Of a DNA stretch of 26,267 bases, positions 1 through 10,574 are shown piece after piece. The translations under genes were made by a program, and so were the position numbers. Source of the DNA: Octopus sinensis (lineage: Eukaryota); the NCBI RefSeq assembly GCF_006345805.1, contig NW_021836089.1, positions 1-26,267 of the forward strand. Direction: 5' to 3'. Every line of letters begins with the position of its first letter. Positions within the stretch are counted from its first letter, which is position 1. The notes below the pieces were generated by a model. It made no database searches, had not been told where the DNA came from, and saw only the letters and a list, made by a program, of their open reading frames with translations.

Positions 1-46
1 GTGCTAGCGCGGAAAACGGATGTCAAACGATGATGATGATGATGAT
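1..46 (+). mobile_element. 3' tail of a non-LTR retroposon ending in (TGA)n
   Basis: gctagcgcggaaaacggatgtcaaacgatgatgatg; an inverted, diverged counterpart (catcacttaacgtccactttt) starts near 18693. Confidence 0.5.
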
Positions 47-47
47 A

Positions 48-122
48 TATCTATCATATATATATAAATATATATCTATAAATATATATATATATATATA
101 TGTATGTATATATATATATATA
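48..122. repeat. (TA)n microsatellite
   Basis: Directly visible. Confidence 0.9.
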
Positions 123-411
123 TGCTTTAATACATTTTGGTGTAATGCTAAATGGAGCGGGGCCACGTGAGGTGAAATAATTTTGCCGTATTGTTGTTAT
201 GTGATGAGATTGTGATTTATGTTGTGGGCAGATAATACGGGGTCCAGGCCTTGGGTATATTTTAAAACTGATGCCAACATCATTTGGGCAATGCTGATGA
301 GATATTTTCCACCATGATTTTGGGAGGCTTTATTATATGCATCGTGCATGTAGTTCTAGTTTTCTGTCCCTTATTTTGCCCCTTTCCAATAATATCAGCT
401 GCGCTCTGTAG

Positions 412-412
<1 letters not shown>

Positions 413-446
<34 letters not shown>

Positions 447-459
447 TTATTATTATTAT

Positions 460-499
<40 letters not shown>

Positions 500-537
500 T
501 AATAATAATAATAATAATAATAACAACAACAACAACA
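413..537. repeat. Compound trinucleotide microsatellite (CTT)n(TTA)n(TAA)n(CAA)n
   Basis: Directly visible; explains ORFs 280-624 and 284-502. Confidence 0.95.
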
Positions 538-1349
538 TACACATAAACGATTATTTGTAAAAGCAAATAAAATCTTCTGAAGCTCGTCAATTGAATAAAG
601 CAGAACAATATTTATACAGTCCAAAAATCAATATCTATAAACAATATCTGAATTTCAACAAAGAAAGTTTTGTATATTCGCTGAGGGGGAAATGTGTCTG
701 CTTCTTAAGTAGCTAATACAGAGAGATGTATGGCAAAGAAATTGCCAAATCTTATAAAATAAGGGAGTCAAAGGCGACTAAAGCACCTAGTAATGGTATA
801 TGTGTTACTTGAATTATTTACGTTTCCTGACAGCTTTTGTTTTCTATGAAGATATGTGGCAATATTCCATCAGTATTTTCAGAAATATAATATATACACA
901 GTTGGTGTGTGTTTGTAGGTTATTTTTCTATGAAATCATTCTTAATATTGACTGATTCGGACTTAGAAGAGTGAGAAAAAGATGTTGGTAGACAGATAAA
1001 TTCCACTTATTTCTAAGTAACAGTTTCAAAATGGAATTCATTCACTTCATTATTTAGATCTATATTTTCGTATTGATCACAAATCTTTAAGATAGGGAAC
1101 GAAGAGGGGTAGGTGGGGGTGGACTGTGAAGTATAAATGTCAACACTACGAATCATGTGAATGTAATCAAAATCGTGTTCTTTCTTTGATCTCCTAACAA
1201 CTGCATATTGTTTATTGTGTGGCCTTTGACAAAAACACTAGCGACAGTATAACGTTGGTAGAATTAAAACGAAATAAACATATAAACATGATTATATACA
1301 AAATAGAAAATGCACTGGTTTATTTGTTCCATTGCCAGGAAATACTTAC

Positions 1350-1525
1350 TGTGGTGGTAAAAATGCTTCTAATTTTTTTCTCAAATTTAGGTCCTTAATG
1401 AGCTCCAATGGTGTGTTATTGTTGTTGTTTCTATGGTAAAAGTCCGCTCCCTGCCTGGCGAGATATCTCGCAACCACTACACCAGAGAGCCTTCTTTTCT
1501 TTTTCATCTTAAGGGCAGTGCAGCA
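1350..1525 (-). CDS. Ankyrin gene coding exon 7 (176 nt, phase 0 to 2); not in ORF track
   Basis: tttcatcatttgtag|TGC TGC ACT...CCA CCA CA|gtaagt; VVARYLARQGADFYHRNNNNNTPLELI. No stop codon, so at least one more exon follows, apparently left of the window. Confidence 0.88.
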
Positions 1526-2132
1526 CTACAAATGATGAAATATAAAATGATGACAATATTACACAAATATTCAAAACAAAAGCCCCTAATTACACAAAAG
1601 TTCATCTAAATTTACTCATAGCTTGTTTATCCACTAATTAAAGCAATTACAAAGTATTGAGTTCCTACATATTCTTTAATTGGGGTCAATTTCCCATTTT
1701 CACGTATTTACTTTATTTTCAACACTGAGACACCCTCTAAATATATTGTCATTACATTGAGCAGGACAAACCGTATTGATTAACATCAAGCTTATTGATA
1801 ATTAATGAGTAAATATTTACTTGTCAATCACAAATATCACAATATATTCAATAGAAAAATCAAATATAGGAAGAACAAACCAACAAGAACCTATCTATAT
1901 AATTGGTTTGATAAAGGCGAGCATGTGGCCATAAGAAAGAGTATTGTATATATAAATATAACACAACATTAGAAGAAAGAACATAAGTTATATCAGAAAC
2001 AAAAACACCTATAACATAACAAAGTCAATACCACACAGATATGACCAAACATATCAATAATGTTTCCATAATTAAGCAAGAAGCATCTTTGAATGATGAC
2101 GGTAAAGTAAAGGAAGCAGGAATTAGTGTCAA

Positions 2133-2312
2133 GTCAGAAGAGTAATGGAGGAGTATTTTTAATCACGGACAAGTGAATTTTGGAAGAGGCAACTTGCAAG
2201 TCTACCAGATAGATGGAAGAGCATTGTAGAAAATGAAGGAGAATATGTTTTAGATTAACAGAAAAATATAAGGATTATAAAAAACTGCTTCATTTATGAG
2301 ATGACAGTAAAA
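2133..2312 (+). mobile_element. Mariner/Tc1 transposase C-terminal relic plus probable decayed 3' TIR
   Basis: Frame 2133-2258 reads VRRVMEEYF*SRTSEFWKRQLASLPDRWKSIVENEGEYVLD*, matching the mariner C-terminal pattern (F..G...L..RW..V....G.Y). Followed by aaaaaactgcttcatttatgagatgac, resembling a mariner terminal repeat. Confidence 0.7.
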
Positions 2313-2423
2313 AGTCCAGTAATATTGACGTCCATACTGTTGATGACATCAGATAGCCGAATACAGTAAACGGGCTTTAAACAGCATTTTACAAGATATA
2401 TACTCAAACTCAAAATCATTACT

Positions 2424-2483
2424 TGTGTGTGTTTGTCTGTGTGATTGTGTGTGTGTGAGTGTGTATGTGTGTGTGTGTGTGTG
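2424..2483. repeat. (TG)n microsatellite
   Basis: Directly visible. Confidence 0.85.
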
Positions 2484-2984
2484 CCTAGGTACAGAACTTA
2501 AATACAGGAAAACTCACTAAGGACCATGATTTATCGTATTCATTCTCTAGTGTCTTAACATTGAGCATTGTTATGACATGTCCACAAGAAGTCAGTGGAT
2601 TCATGTCGTATACAAGAAGTAGGATAGAGAGCAGTTTCACTCAGAATTCTTCATAGAATAGAATGGATGTATTTACCATGGCACCAGCATTATAAAGCTC
2701 AGACATCTCTTCTATCCTGCATCATTGTTAATTGAGAATAATATCTCCTCTATTAAATAGGCCACTTCTCCGTCACATTGTGATGGCTGTGTTTATATGG
2801 CCAACAACCGTGATGGGTCACCTCTCGACCGTGGTGAGACGACATCTTTGAGAGTGAAAGGAGATGGAATATTGTTTGTTACATAATATCACTCGGGTCA
2901 CAAGGGGAGACTGGATCACGGAATGATAATGGAGGATGGGGTTGATAGTGGAGAATTGATACATGACAAGCAAAGCTTGGCTGT

Positions 2985-3105
2985 CTGTCTCTCTCTCTCT
3001 CACACTCACACAAAGACTCGCAAATACACAAATTCACACAGACATACACACACACACACTCACACACACAGACACACACATACACACACACACAGACACA
3101 CACGC
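2985..3105. repeat. (CT)n/(CA)n microsatellite
   Basis: Directly visible. Confidence 0.85.
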
Positions 3106-3136
3106 ATGTATATACACAAACAATTTAAAAACTTAC

Positions 3137-3346
3137 TTCGTTTAGTAAATCCAAGGGTGCATCCTCGGAATTAAACACTTCTGTTTTCACGGCAATGTGC
3201 AAACAGCTGTTACCCTCACCATCAACAGCATTTATGTTTGCACCTAGGGCTATTAACTTTTGTGTCATTCCTAGGTGGCCCCGGGAAACGGCTTCAAGCA
3301 ATGGTGTCATTCTCTGATGGTTCGGAATATCCACCTGAAATGAACC
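3137..3346 (-). CDS. Ankyrin gene coding exon 6 (210 nt; alternative in-frame acceptor at 3334)
   Basis: ttttctatttttacttccacaaag|GGT TCA TTT CAG GTG GAT...AAC GAA|gtaagt; RMTPLLEAVSRGH, LIALGANINAVDGEGNSCLHIAV. Confidence 0.9.
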
Positions 3347-3928
3347 CTTTGTGGAAGTAAAAATAGAAAATGAAAATTTACAGTAAAATCAGGATGGGTA
3401 ACAATGTGTCGTTATTGTCTTCTACTGTATACTTGATCAAACTGATCATGTACATTTGATGTTTGTCCGTAAAATCAACCTTCGTAAGATCCTCTAGATG
3501 TTGCTATGAGAATGTGTTCTAGACAGGATAAAGATGTCCTAAATAGATTGTTTCAGCTTAATCTACCTGTATTCCTAACTATAGTAAGTTTTAGGGGAGC
3601 TGAACACGAGTGAACACATGATTAACAGATCAAGACTAGTAAAGAAGAATTAAAATTTCTAAAGTATACTTTTGATGTTGCTATAATTAATAAGAGGTTC
3701 ATAAAACTGTTGAGGTGGTTAGTGTCCACCGCCATGAAATTAATACACGTGCACACACACATACACAGAGACACACTCGAATATAAATATATATATATAT
3801 AGAGAGAGAGAGGGAGAGAGAGAGAGAGAGATTTATATACATTACTGTTGGATATATAAATATATATGTTGAATGAGGAATATGTAAAATGAAGTTCACG
3901 AGAAACTTTATTCATCACAACGATTGGT

Positions 3929-4188
3929 TTGACCCATCTTGCATCGATTCCTTGCGGGTGGGAGAGTTCTCGGTGTCGCTTGGTATGTTGTTGTTGTCAG
4001 TAGGTTCTTGGATTATAGCATTATAGCCAACAACCTCCTGGCAACATCATGCCAAGCGAAACCGAGAATATTTAGTGAGGTTTCTTCTGTAAAACAAGAC
4101 ACCAGATGAGATGCATCTGCACTGGAGGATGCAACACATCCAATTGTACAGTATTCAACCCACAAGGGTCCGATGCAAAATGGGTCAA
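3929..4188. mobile_element. MITE-like element, 31-bp imperfect terminal inverted repeats
   Basis: 3929-3959 ttgacccatcttgcatcgattccttgcgggt vs reverse complement of 4158-4188 ttgacccattttgcatcggacccttgtgggt: 26/31 identical. No clear TSD. Confidence 0.6.
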
Positions 4189-4289
4189 TACTCCATTTCC
4201 CAATCCCTCATTTGTAATAACACACTGTGAAATTTCTGAGGTAGACTAAGTGGCAATTATATCACAACGTGTGTGAGTGTGTGCGTGCA

Positions 4290-4345
4290 GACATACATAC
4301 ATACATACATACATACATACATACATACATACATACATACATACA
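4290..4345. repeat. (ACAT)n microsatellite
   Basis: Directly visible. Confidence 0.95.
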
Positions 4346-4500
4346 TGTCCAGCGGATGTTGACATAAAGTGAAAAATAGAATATCTGGAAATAAACTGAA
4401 TAATGACATACTTATGTATATATATGTTTTGATTGTAGAAAAGATAAATCCGGAGAAGAAGCACACTCTAAGATGCAGAGCAGTGTATATTTTAAAACTG

Positions 4501-4971
4501 GGGATTACCCTTGGTTTCCGGTCCAAAAAGGATTTAGCTTCAGGGCGTATCATTAGATCCCAAAACCTGTTGACCTAAGACCTCTTCTAAATATGGAGGG
4601 TGGAAAAGCCCTTCACCTCATACGCCTAATACAGTATGCAACTTTTCCAGCTGCATACGGGTGTATAGTTCGTTGGATGACGTGGGGATGTTACTGCTGG
4701 AGTATCCGAGGTCAAATTCTTTCATATTTATGGGAGACCCGTGGTTTCAGTGAATATGTAGAAACGCTTCAATGGTGAGGTATTTAATAGAAACCACATG
4801 GTCACTGGGATGATCTCTTGCCAGGGAGCTGAAAGGATCGTTTGCAGAAAACGTAAATCCCAGGCTTTTTCCCTTCCATATTTTGAAGAGGTCTTAGGCC
4901 AACAGGTTTTGGGGCCTTACGATCCGGTACAAAGCTAAACCCTTTATTGATGGGAAACCCAGGGTAATCCC
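4501..4971. mobile_element. Foldback/MITE-like element with ~110-bp inverted arms
   Basis: 4501-4610 vs reverse complement of 4863-4971: 81/100 ungapped identity over the first 100 nt by hand count. No coding capacity and no clear TSD. Confidence 0.7.
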
Positions 4972-5694
4972 ATAAACCACCCCAATTCTTTTTATATACA
5001 TTCATATATAAGTATATATATATATATGTATATATATATAAGTGTATATGCATGTATGTATATTTACTGCTTCCTTTTTGATATCTTACTAAATCACCTT
5101 CTCTCTTCTATAAAAAACTGTTTTGTAAATTATTGTCTTCCATACATTAATATTTTAAAAATAAAATTCTGTTCTTGTATATGTATATTGCATTGAAGAA
5201 TGGATGTAAACATGATATTCTATGAACTGAGGTGCTTGTCATTTATACCTGTTTTATTTTGTAAATTGTACGATGGCACTGTATGATTTATAACCTATAC
5301 ACTAATGCAGACATGTAAAATAATTTATCATACACGAAAATTTCTGTGAAACAATGTAACTGGTGAAAGAAATATATTCATCTTATAATTTCTTACCTTA
5401 TATGTATATATATATGTGTGTATGTGTGTATAAATATATACATATTCCTACACATAGACACACACACACACACAGACTTCATTGTGTGTGTATGTTTGTA
5501 TATATATATGAATATTCATCTTGTATGTGTTTGCGTATACGTGTGTGTATGTGTTATATGTGTGTGTGAGTGTCATTTTGTCTTGACATCTATGTGATAG
5601 TTGTAAATGAGTGCCACTGTCATATAAGCAGGGTCTATTATTTCCAACATTCTGCAGGATCATGTCTAGTTCTTGGCAAATGTTAGCTTCCTTG

Positions 5695-5752
5695 ACAAGA
5701 AGAGGAGAGGGTTGGCGATAGGGAGAGCATCCAGCAGCGGAAAATCTGCCTC
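5695..5752 (-). mobile_element. Retroposon fragment (gctggatgc-ct-cc-a-cgccaacc family)
   Basis: Minus strand ttttccgctgctggatgctctccctatcgccaaccc matches plus strand 18803-18838 ttttacagctggatgcccttccaaacgccaacc. Confidence 0.55.
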
Positions 5753-5807
5753 AATATAATCTATCTGAGCCAAGCAAGCATGATAAAGTTGATTCTGTGT
5801 GTGTATG

Positions 5808-5844
5808 CATATATATATACATATATACATACATACACACACAC

Positions 5845-5904
<60 letters not shown>

Positions 5905-5930
5905 TTATATATATATATATATATATATAA
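5808..5930. repeat. (CATA)n/(TA)n microsatellite
   Basis: Directly visible. Confidence 0.95.
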
Positions 5931-5964
5931 ACAGAAATGGGTACACACCCATACATATATACAT

Positions 5965-6350
5965 GGTTGTAGTGTAAGAAGCTTTTTTCCCAGACATACA
6001 CGGTTCCACGTTGAATCCCTGTGCATGGAAACTGAGGCAAGAATAATCTACTCTTACCTAGGGCTAAAAAAATCTTGTTAGTGGATTTGGTAAATGAAAA
6101 CTGAAAGTAGCTTCATAACAGCTGTGTGTCTATGTGTGTTCCTATGTATGTGTGTGTCTATGTGTGTTCCTATGTATGTGTGTGTCTATGTGTGTTCCTA
6201 TGTATGTGTGTGGTGTGTGCAGCGGTTCGGTAAAGAGGCTGAGAGGATAAGTGATACGCTTAAAATAATAAAAGTACTGGGATCGATAAGTTTGACTAAA
6301 AATTCGATGATGCCCCAGCATGGCCGTAGTCAAATGCCTAAAACAATTAA
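5965..6350 (+). mobile_element. Degenerate tRNA-derived SINE containing a 28-bp x3 tandem repeat (6123-6206)
   Basis: Head (tgtaagaagct...cacggttccacgttgaatccc), middle (gtggatttggtaaatgaaaactgaaag) and tail (gcggttcgg...ccagcatggccgtagtcaaatg) are collinear with the inverted copy at 20183-20500. Confidence 0.65.
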
Positions 6351-6358
6351 TATATATG

Positions 6359-6415
<57 letters not shown>

Positions 6416-6428
6416 TATATATATATAC

Positions 6429-6523
<95 letters not shown>
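6350..6523. repeat. Long (TA)n microsatellite
   Basis: Directly visible. Confidence 0.95.
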
Positions 6524-6525
<2 letters not shown>

Positions 6526-6779
6526 GATATCTGTTATATTTTAGTTCATCCCATAATGACCTTGTTTCATATGACCATTAAATGTATTATTATCAGTGGC
6601 GGTGGTCAGCTGGACTGTCAACACCGCTAATATCAACATCAACATGATCAATATCAAGAGATTTGTAGTACATGCGCTTGAATCTATCCCCATTATTTTT
6701 CTGGTACCTTGATAATATTTATATTATACAGATCAATAAAATGCTGGAGAATGTATATAATATATATTTATTAACTAAC

Positions 6780-6816
6780 CTGGTTCAGCAATAGAGACAC
6801 AACACCATTGCGTTGG
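6780..6816 (-). CDS. Ankyrin gene coding exon 5 (37 nt, phase 2 to 0)
   Basis: tctattactttcag|C CAA CGC AAT GGT GTT GTG TCT CTA TTG CTG AAC CAG|gttagt; supplies the second helix (VVSLLLNQ) and reconciles the phases of exons 4 and 6. Confidence 0.8.
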
Positions 6817-7119
6817 CTGAAAGTAATAGATAAGGAAAGAAAAACATGAAAAAAAAGAAACATCACACAGCTTGAGATAATAGCTATTAGGTCATTAAAG
6901 AAAACAAATGTAATTAGGTCACAATAACTTAATTACAGCAATTATCACGCATATACTCACACACATATGTATTTATTCAATACACACTCTACACAGTAGA
7001 ACAATGATTTATACACGCCTGTGTAAACCCAGAAATGTAAATACTGGAAAATACTGCTAAGAATTCTGACAGCTTATATAAACATGAAATTTAGGAAGGA
7101 AAGAAGGGCTACAGGTAAT

Positions 7120-7225
7120 CATATGAACCCCAGTACATGACTGGTATTGTATTTTATCAAACTTGCAAAGATGGAAGAAGTTGACCTTGGCAGGATTTGA
7201 ACTCTGAACGTAAAGAGTCGTAAAT
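7120..7225 (-). mobile_element. Degenerate SINE fragment (same family as 23828)
   Basis: ccccagtacatgactggta...gttgaccttggcaggatttgaactctgaacgtaaag parallels 23238-23325. Confidence 0.6.
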
Positions 7226-7473
7226 AAAATAACACAATTAATTTTCTCTAAAAGTAATTAGAAACAAGAAATGGAGAAAAGAAGGAAGACAGTTTATTAA
7301 AGGAACCCCTGGGTATGACTGGTACAGATTATATTGACCCCAGAGTGATAGTAAATATTCTGGTAGGATTTGAACAAGGAACATAAAAGAGACAAATGTA
7401 AATACTGTAAGGGGATGATTCTGTATTTAGCCCAGGGTCGAAGTAAATATGGAAACTACAAAGGAGAGAGAGT

Positions 7474-7475
7474 GA

Positions 7476-7510
<35 letters not shown>
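7474..7510. repeat. (GA)n microsatellite
   Basis: Directly visible. Confidence 0.9.
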
Positions 7511-7514
<4 letters not shown>

Positions 7515-7800
7515 TAGTACTAGATGGGATGAAAGGAAGAAGAGAGAGTATTTGAACCTGTGACGTTGAGGAAATGGAGAACGAGATGAAGTAAAGTGTC
7601 CAGTCAGGCAACAACAATAACAATTATGGTGATGATTAATTAATAAAGTAGATTACAGTGTTATTTCAGTGCGAAAGACAAAAGAAAGACAATGACCCCA
7701 TGGTGGGATTATGACATGAATGACTGAATGAAAAAAAACAAACATTATTGAAAACATAAAAGAAACAGATTTGGATATTCCAGATCCAATGGGGACTTAC

Positions 7801-7955
7801 CGCTGAACTGCCACATGCAGTGGTGTGTCTCCATTGTCGTCCACCACATTGGCATCGATGCCATTGTGACCCAACAACATTTCGACAGTGTGCAAGTGTC
7901 CCCGCGAACAGGCCAAGTGCAGCGGTGTGCGACCATTATTAGACCGTGCATTAAC
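7801..7955 (-). CDS. Ankyrin gene coding exon 4 (155 nt, phase 0 to 2)
   Basis: ttttctttttcag|GTT AAT GCA...GTT CAG CG|gtaagt; [13 protein letters not shown] and GDTPLHVAV. The ORF track shows this exon only in a wrong frame. Confidence 0.92.
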
Positions 7956-8220
7956 CTGAAAAAGAAAAGAATAAAAACGTTAAAAATGGTGTCTGAAAGA
8001 GGAGTCGGGTGGTGAAGAATTGAAAGAGAAACTCACAGAAAAAGAGAAGAGAAGGAATGAAATTAATTAAACAGGTGGAATGATTTGGGTGGGGAGTAGG
8101 TAATAGAGATTTCTATTGTATATACACACACGCGTATACACGCATACATATGTACATATAAATATATTTATATACACACACACACACACAAACACACGCA
8201 TATAGGATGAATAAACAATA

Positions 8221-8389
8221 CCTGTATTTCAAACGGCCGGCCTTGTCACTCTCTGTGTCACGCTGAATATCCCCGAGAACTACGTTACGGGTACACGTGT
8301 CTCTGGAGTGCTCAGCCACTTACACGTTAATTTCACGAGCAGGCTGTGAACTGGAACCCTCGTCGTCGTAACCGAGGGAGTGCTTCCAT
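8221..8389 (+). mobile_element. 5'-truncated SINE (second family), 3' half
   Basis: Near-identical to the reverse complement of 21168-21350 (cctgtatttcaaa...ggccggccttgtcac...gagaactacgtta...gtaaccga). Confidence 0.8.
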
Positions 8390-8407
8390 GTGTGTGTGTG
8401 TATGTAT

Positions 8408-8468
<61 letters not shown>

Positions 8469-8527
8469 TCATATATATATATATATATATATATATACTC
8501 ATATATATATATATATATATATATATA
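8390..8527. repeat. (TG)n/(TA)n microsatellite
   Basis: Directly visible. Confidence 0.95.
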
Positions 8528-8856
8528 AATTATAATAAGGTGTTAATTGCAACAAGTTCCTCAAAACCATATACCGAAAATATTAGAAATAGCAGCCAAA
8601 TAGATCACTATTTCACCTACTAATAAAAAAGTATCCACAAACAAACAGAATTCGTAACCCATATATGGTAAAGAGAAAGAAAACAACGAAATCCCAGCCT
8701 ATTGGATTAATTATAGAGGAATCGTTTCTGGATTAGAATCGAAAGTTCAAGGAAATAATATAATTCTTACCAAATATGGTATTTTCCATACCGAAAAATC
8801 TACTAGGTGATATTTATTGATTTTATTAAATTTATTATATTTCACCCTTTTTGTAC

Positions 8857-9026
<170 letters not shown>

Positions 9027-9376
9027 TTTATATGTTATAGGCATATATACAGTGTACATACGGGATATATACGATTATATATACATACCTATATAAGTGT
9101 GCCTCGAAGGTCGGGAGAGGTGTGAAGTAAAAATTCGCAGGAGTAGATTTTGTTTCCTCGTAATTTACCGAAAGACGGATAAATTGTTAGGAAAATTTAG
9201 AGAGAAACCTTTCGGAGAAGGTTAGGATTATTTCGGAATATAATATGAATGAAGAGAAACACTAACATATGCACACCACAATTTACATTATATATACATC
9301 CATACATTTTATTTGTATATATATATATACACACACATACACACACACGCACACACACATATATATAATCACTAAC

Positions 9377-9518
9377 CTTAACAGCGCTCTGTTTCCTTAA
9401 AGCTTTCACACCATCTGTCCATTCCGTAGCCAAATGGAGAGGAGTACAGCCGAAGTTGTTCTTCTCGTTGACATTACTGCCCCGAGCTATTAATAGCTCC
9501 ACAGCTTGCAGTCGATGC
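9377..9518 (-). CDS. Ankyrin gene coding exon 3 (142 nt, phase 2 to 0)
   Basis: ttttactctcag|G CAT CGA...GTT AAG|gttagt; LLIARGSNVNEKNNFGCTPLHLA. Confidence 0.9.
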
Positions 9519-9589
9519 CTGAGAGTAAAAGATAGAAACGTTGACTAATTTACATTAACTATGAAATTATTTTGGCTTTCAGACGAAAC

Positions 9590-10195
9590 ATCATCATCAT
9601 CATCATCACCATCATTATCACCTGCACAATTGTCATAGCCATCATCATCATTGCCACCACCTACATCATTAACATCATCACCATCATCACCATCATCGCC
9701 ATGATCACCATCATCATTATCGGCATCATAATCAACATAGCCTTCATCATCATCCTCATCATCATCTCCATCATCATCATCATCACCCTCATTGCCATTA
9801 TCACCATCATCATCATCATTCATCGCCACCATCACCATCATAATCTCTAACATTAACATAATCAACATTATCATCATCATCTTCATCAACATTCATCGCC
9901 ACTATCATCGTAACCATCACCATCGGCGTAGTCATAGACATCATAACCATCATCATCATCGTCGCCTTCATCATCATCATCACCATCATCTATATCATGA
10001 TCGACATCATCATTATCATCATAAACATAATCACCGTCATCACCGTCAACATATTCATCATAATCATTATCATCATCATCTGAGTCATCATAATCAACAT
10101 GATCATCATCGTCGTCGTCATCATCATCATAATCATCATAATCCTCATCATCATCATCATTATTATCATCATCATCGTCATCGGGATTGTTATGA
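9590..10195. repeat. Degenerate (CAT)n trinucleotide tract, ~600 bp, intronic
   Basis: Directly visible; lies between exons 2 and 3. Confidence 0.95.
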
Positions 10196-10378
10196 TTGAA
10201 TAATGACTAATGAATTGGATCAATGACTAAAGAGAATCTTGTTGTTTGCTAGTCTGCTGTTGTGCTGCTGTCCCACTGCAACTACTATGGCCTCTTTGGA
10301 TATTGAACTTGTGTCTGCAATTGCAACAAATTTACAAACAAAAACACATCTGCAGATTTTACTTGATTCTCAACTTAC

Positions 10379-10533
10379 CCATACACAGCACAATGTAAAG
10401 CACTCCAACAATCATTGTCGTTTGCTCCGATCTCTCCTCCTGCTTCTATCAAAATCTCGATTATTCTTCTATCGGCGCCCACTTCACAGGCCCACATTAG
10501 AGGAGTTACTCCAGATACAAAACGTTGTTGAAT
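10379..10533 (-). CDS. Ankyrin gene coding exon 2 (155 nt, phase 0 to 2)
   Basis: ctttcttcattacag|ATT CAA...GTG TAT GG|gtaagt; GVTPLMWAC and CWSALHCAV ankyrin motifs. Confidence 0.9.
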
Positions 10534-10574
10534 CTGTAATGAAGAAAGTGAGGACATGTGAAATAGAGAAATTC

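Noticed and set aside
294-340. CTGATGA as a hammerhead ribozyme core
   Set aside because: No stem II followed by GAAA at the required position.
280-624. ORFs with C/Y/I/R or L/I homopolymers
   Set aside because: Product of the compound microsatellite; no domain signal.
1-1349. Search for the next (expected RING) exon
   Set aside because: I found no phase-2 exon with a Cys/His RING pattern on the minus strand by eye; it probably lies outside the window.
2520-2960. Complex sequence considered as an exon between exons 6 and 7
   Set aside because: No ankyrin-like reading with matching splice phases; exons 6 and 7 join directly in phase 0.
5581-5800. Candidate extra exon (ORFs 5448-5663 and 5666-6040)
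   Set aside because: Core is a retroposon fragment shared with 18803-18838; no ankyrin signal and not needed for frame continuity.
7745-7951. 68-aa Trp/Cys/Met-rich ORF from the track
   Set aside because: Wrong-frame reading of ankyrin exon 4.
9545-10223. Poly-His, poly-Asp, poly-Ile and poly-Met ORFs suggesting a metal-binding or acidic protein
   Set aside because: All frames of a degenerate (CAT)n tract; exons 2 and 3 splice cleanly across it.
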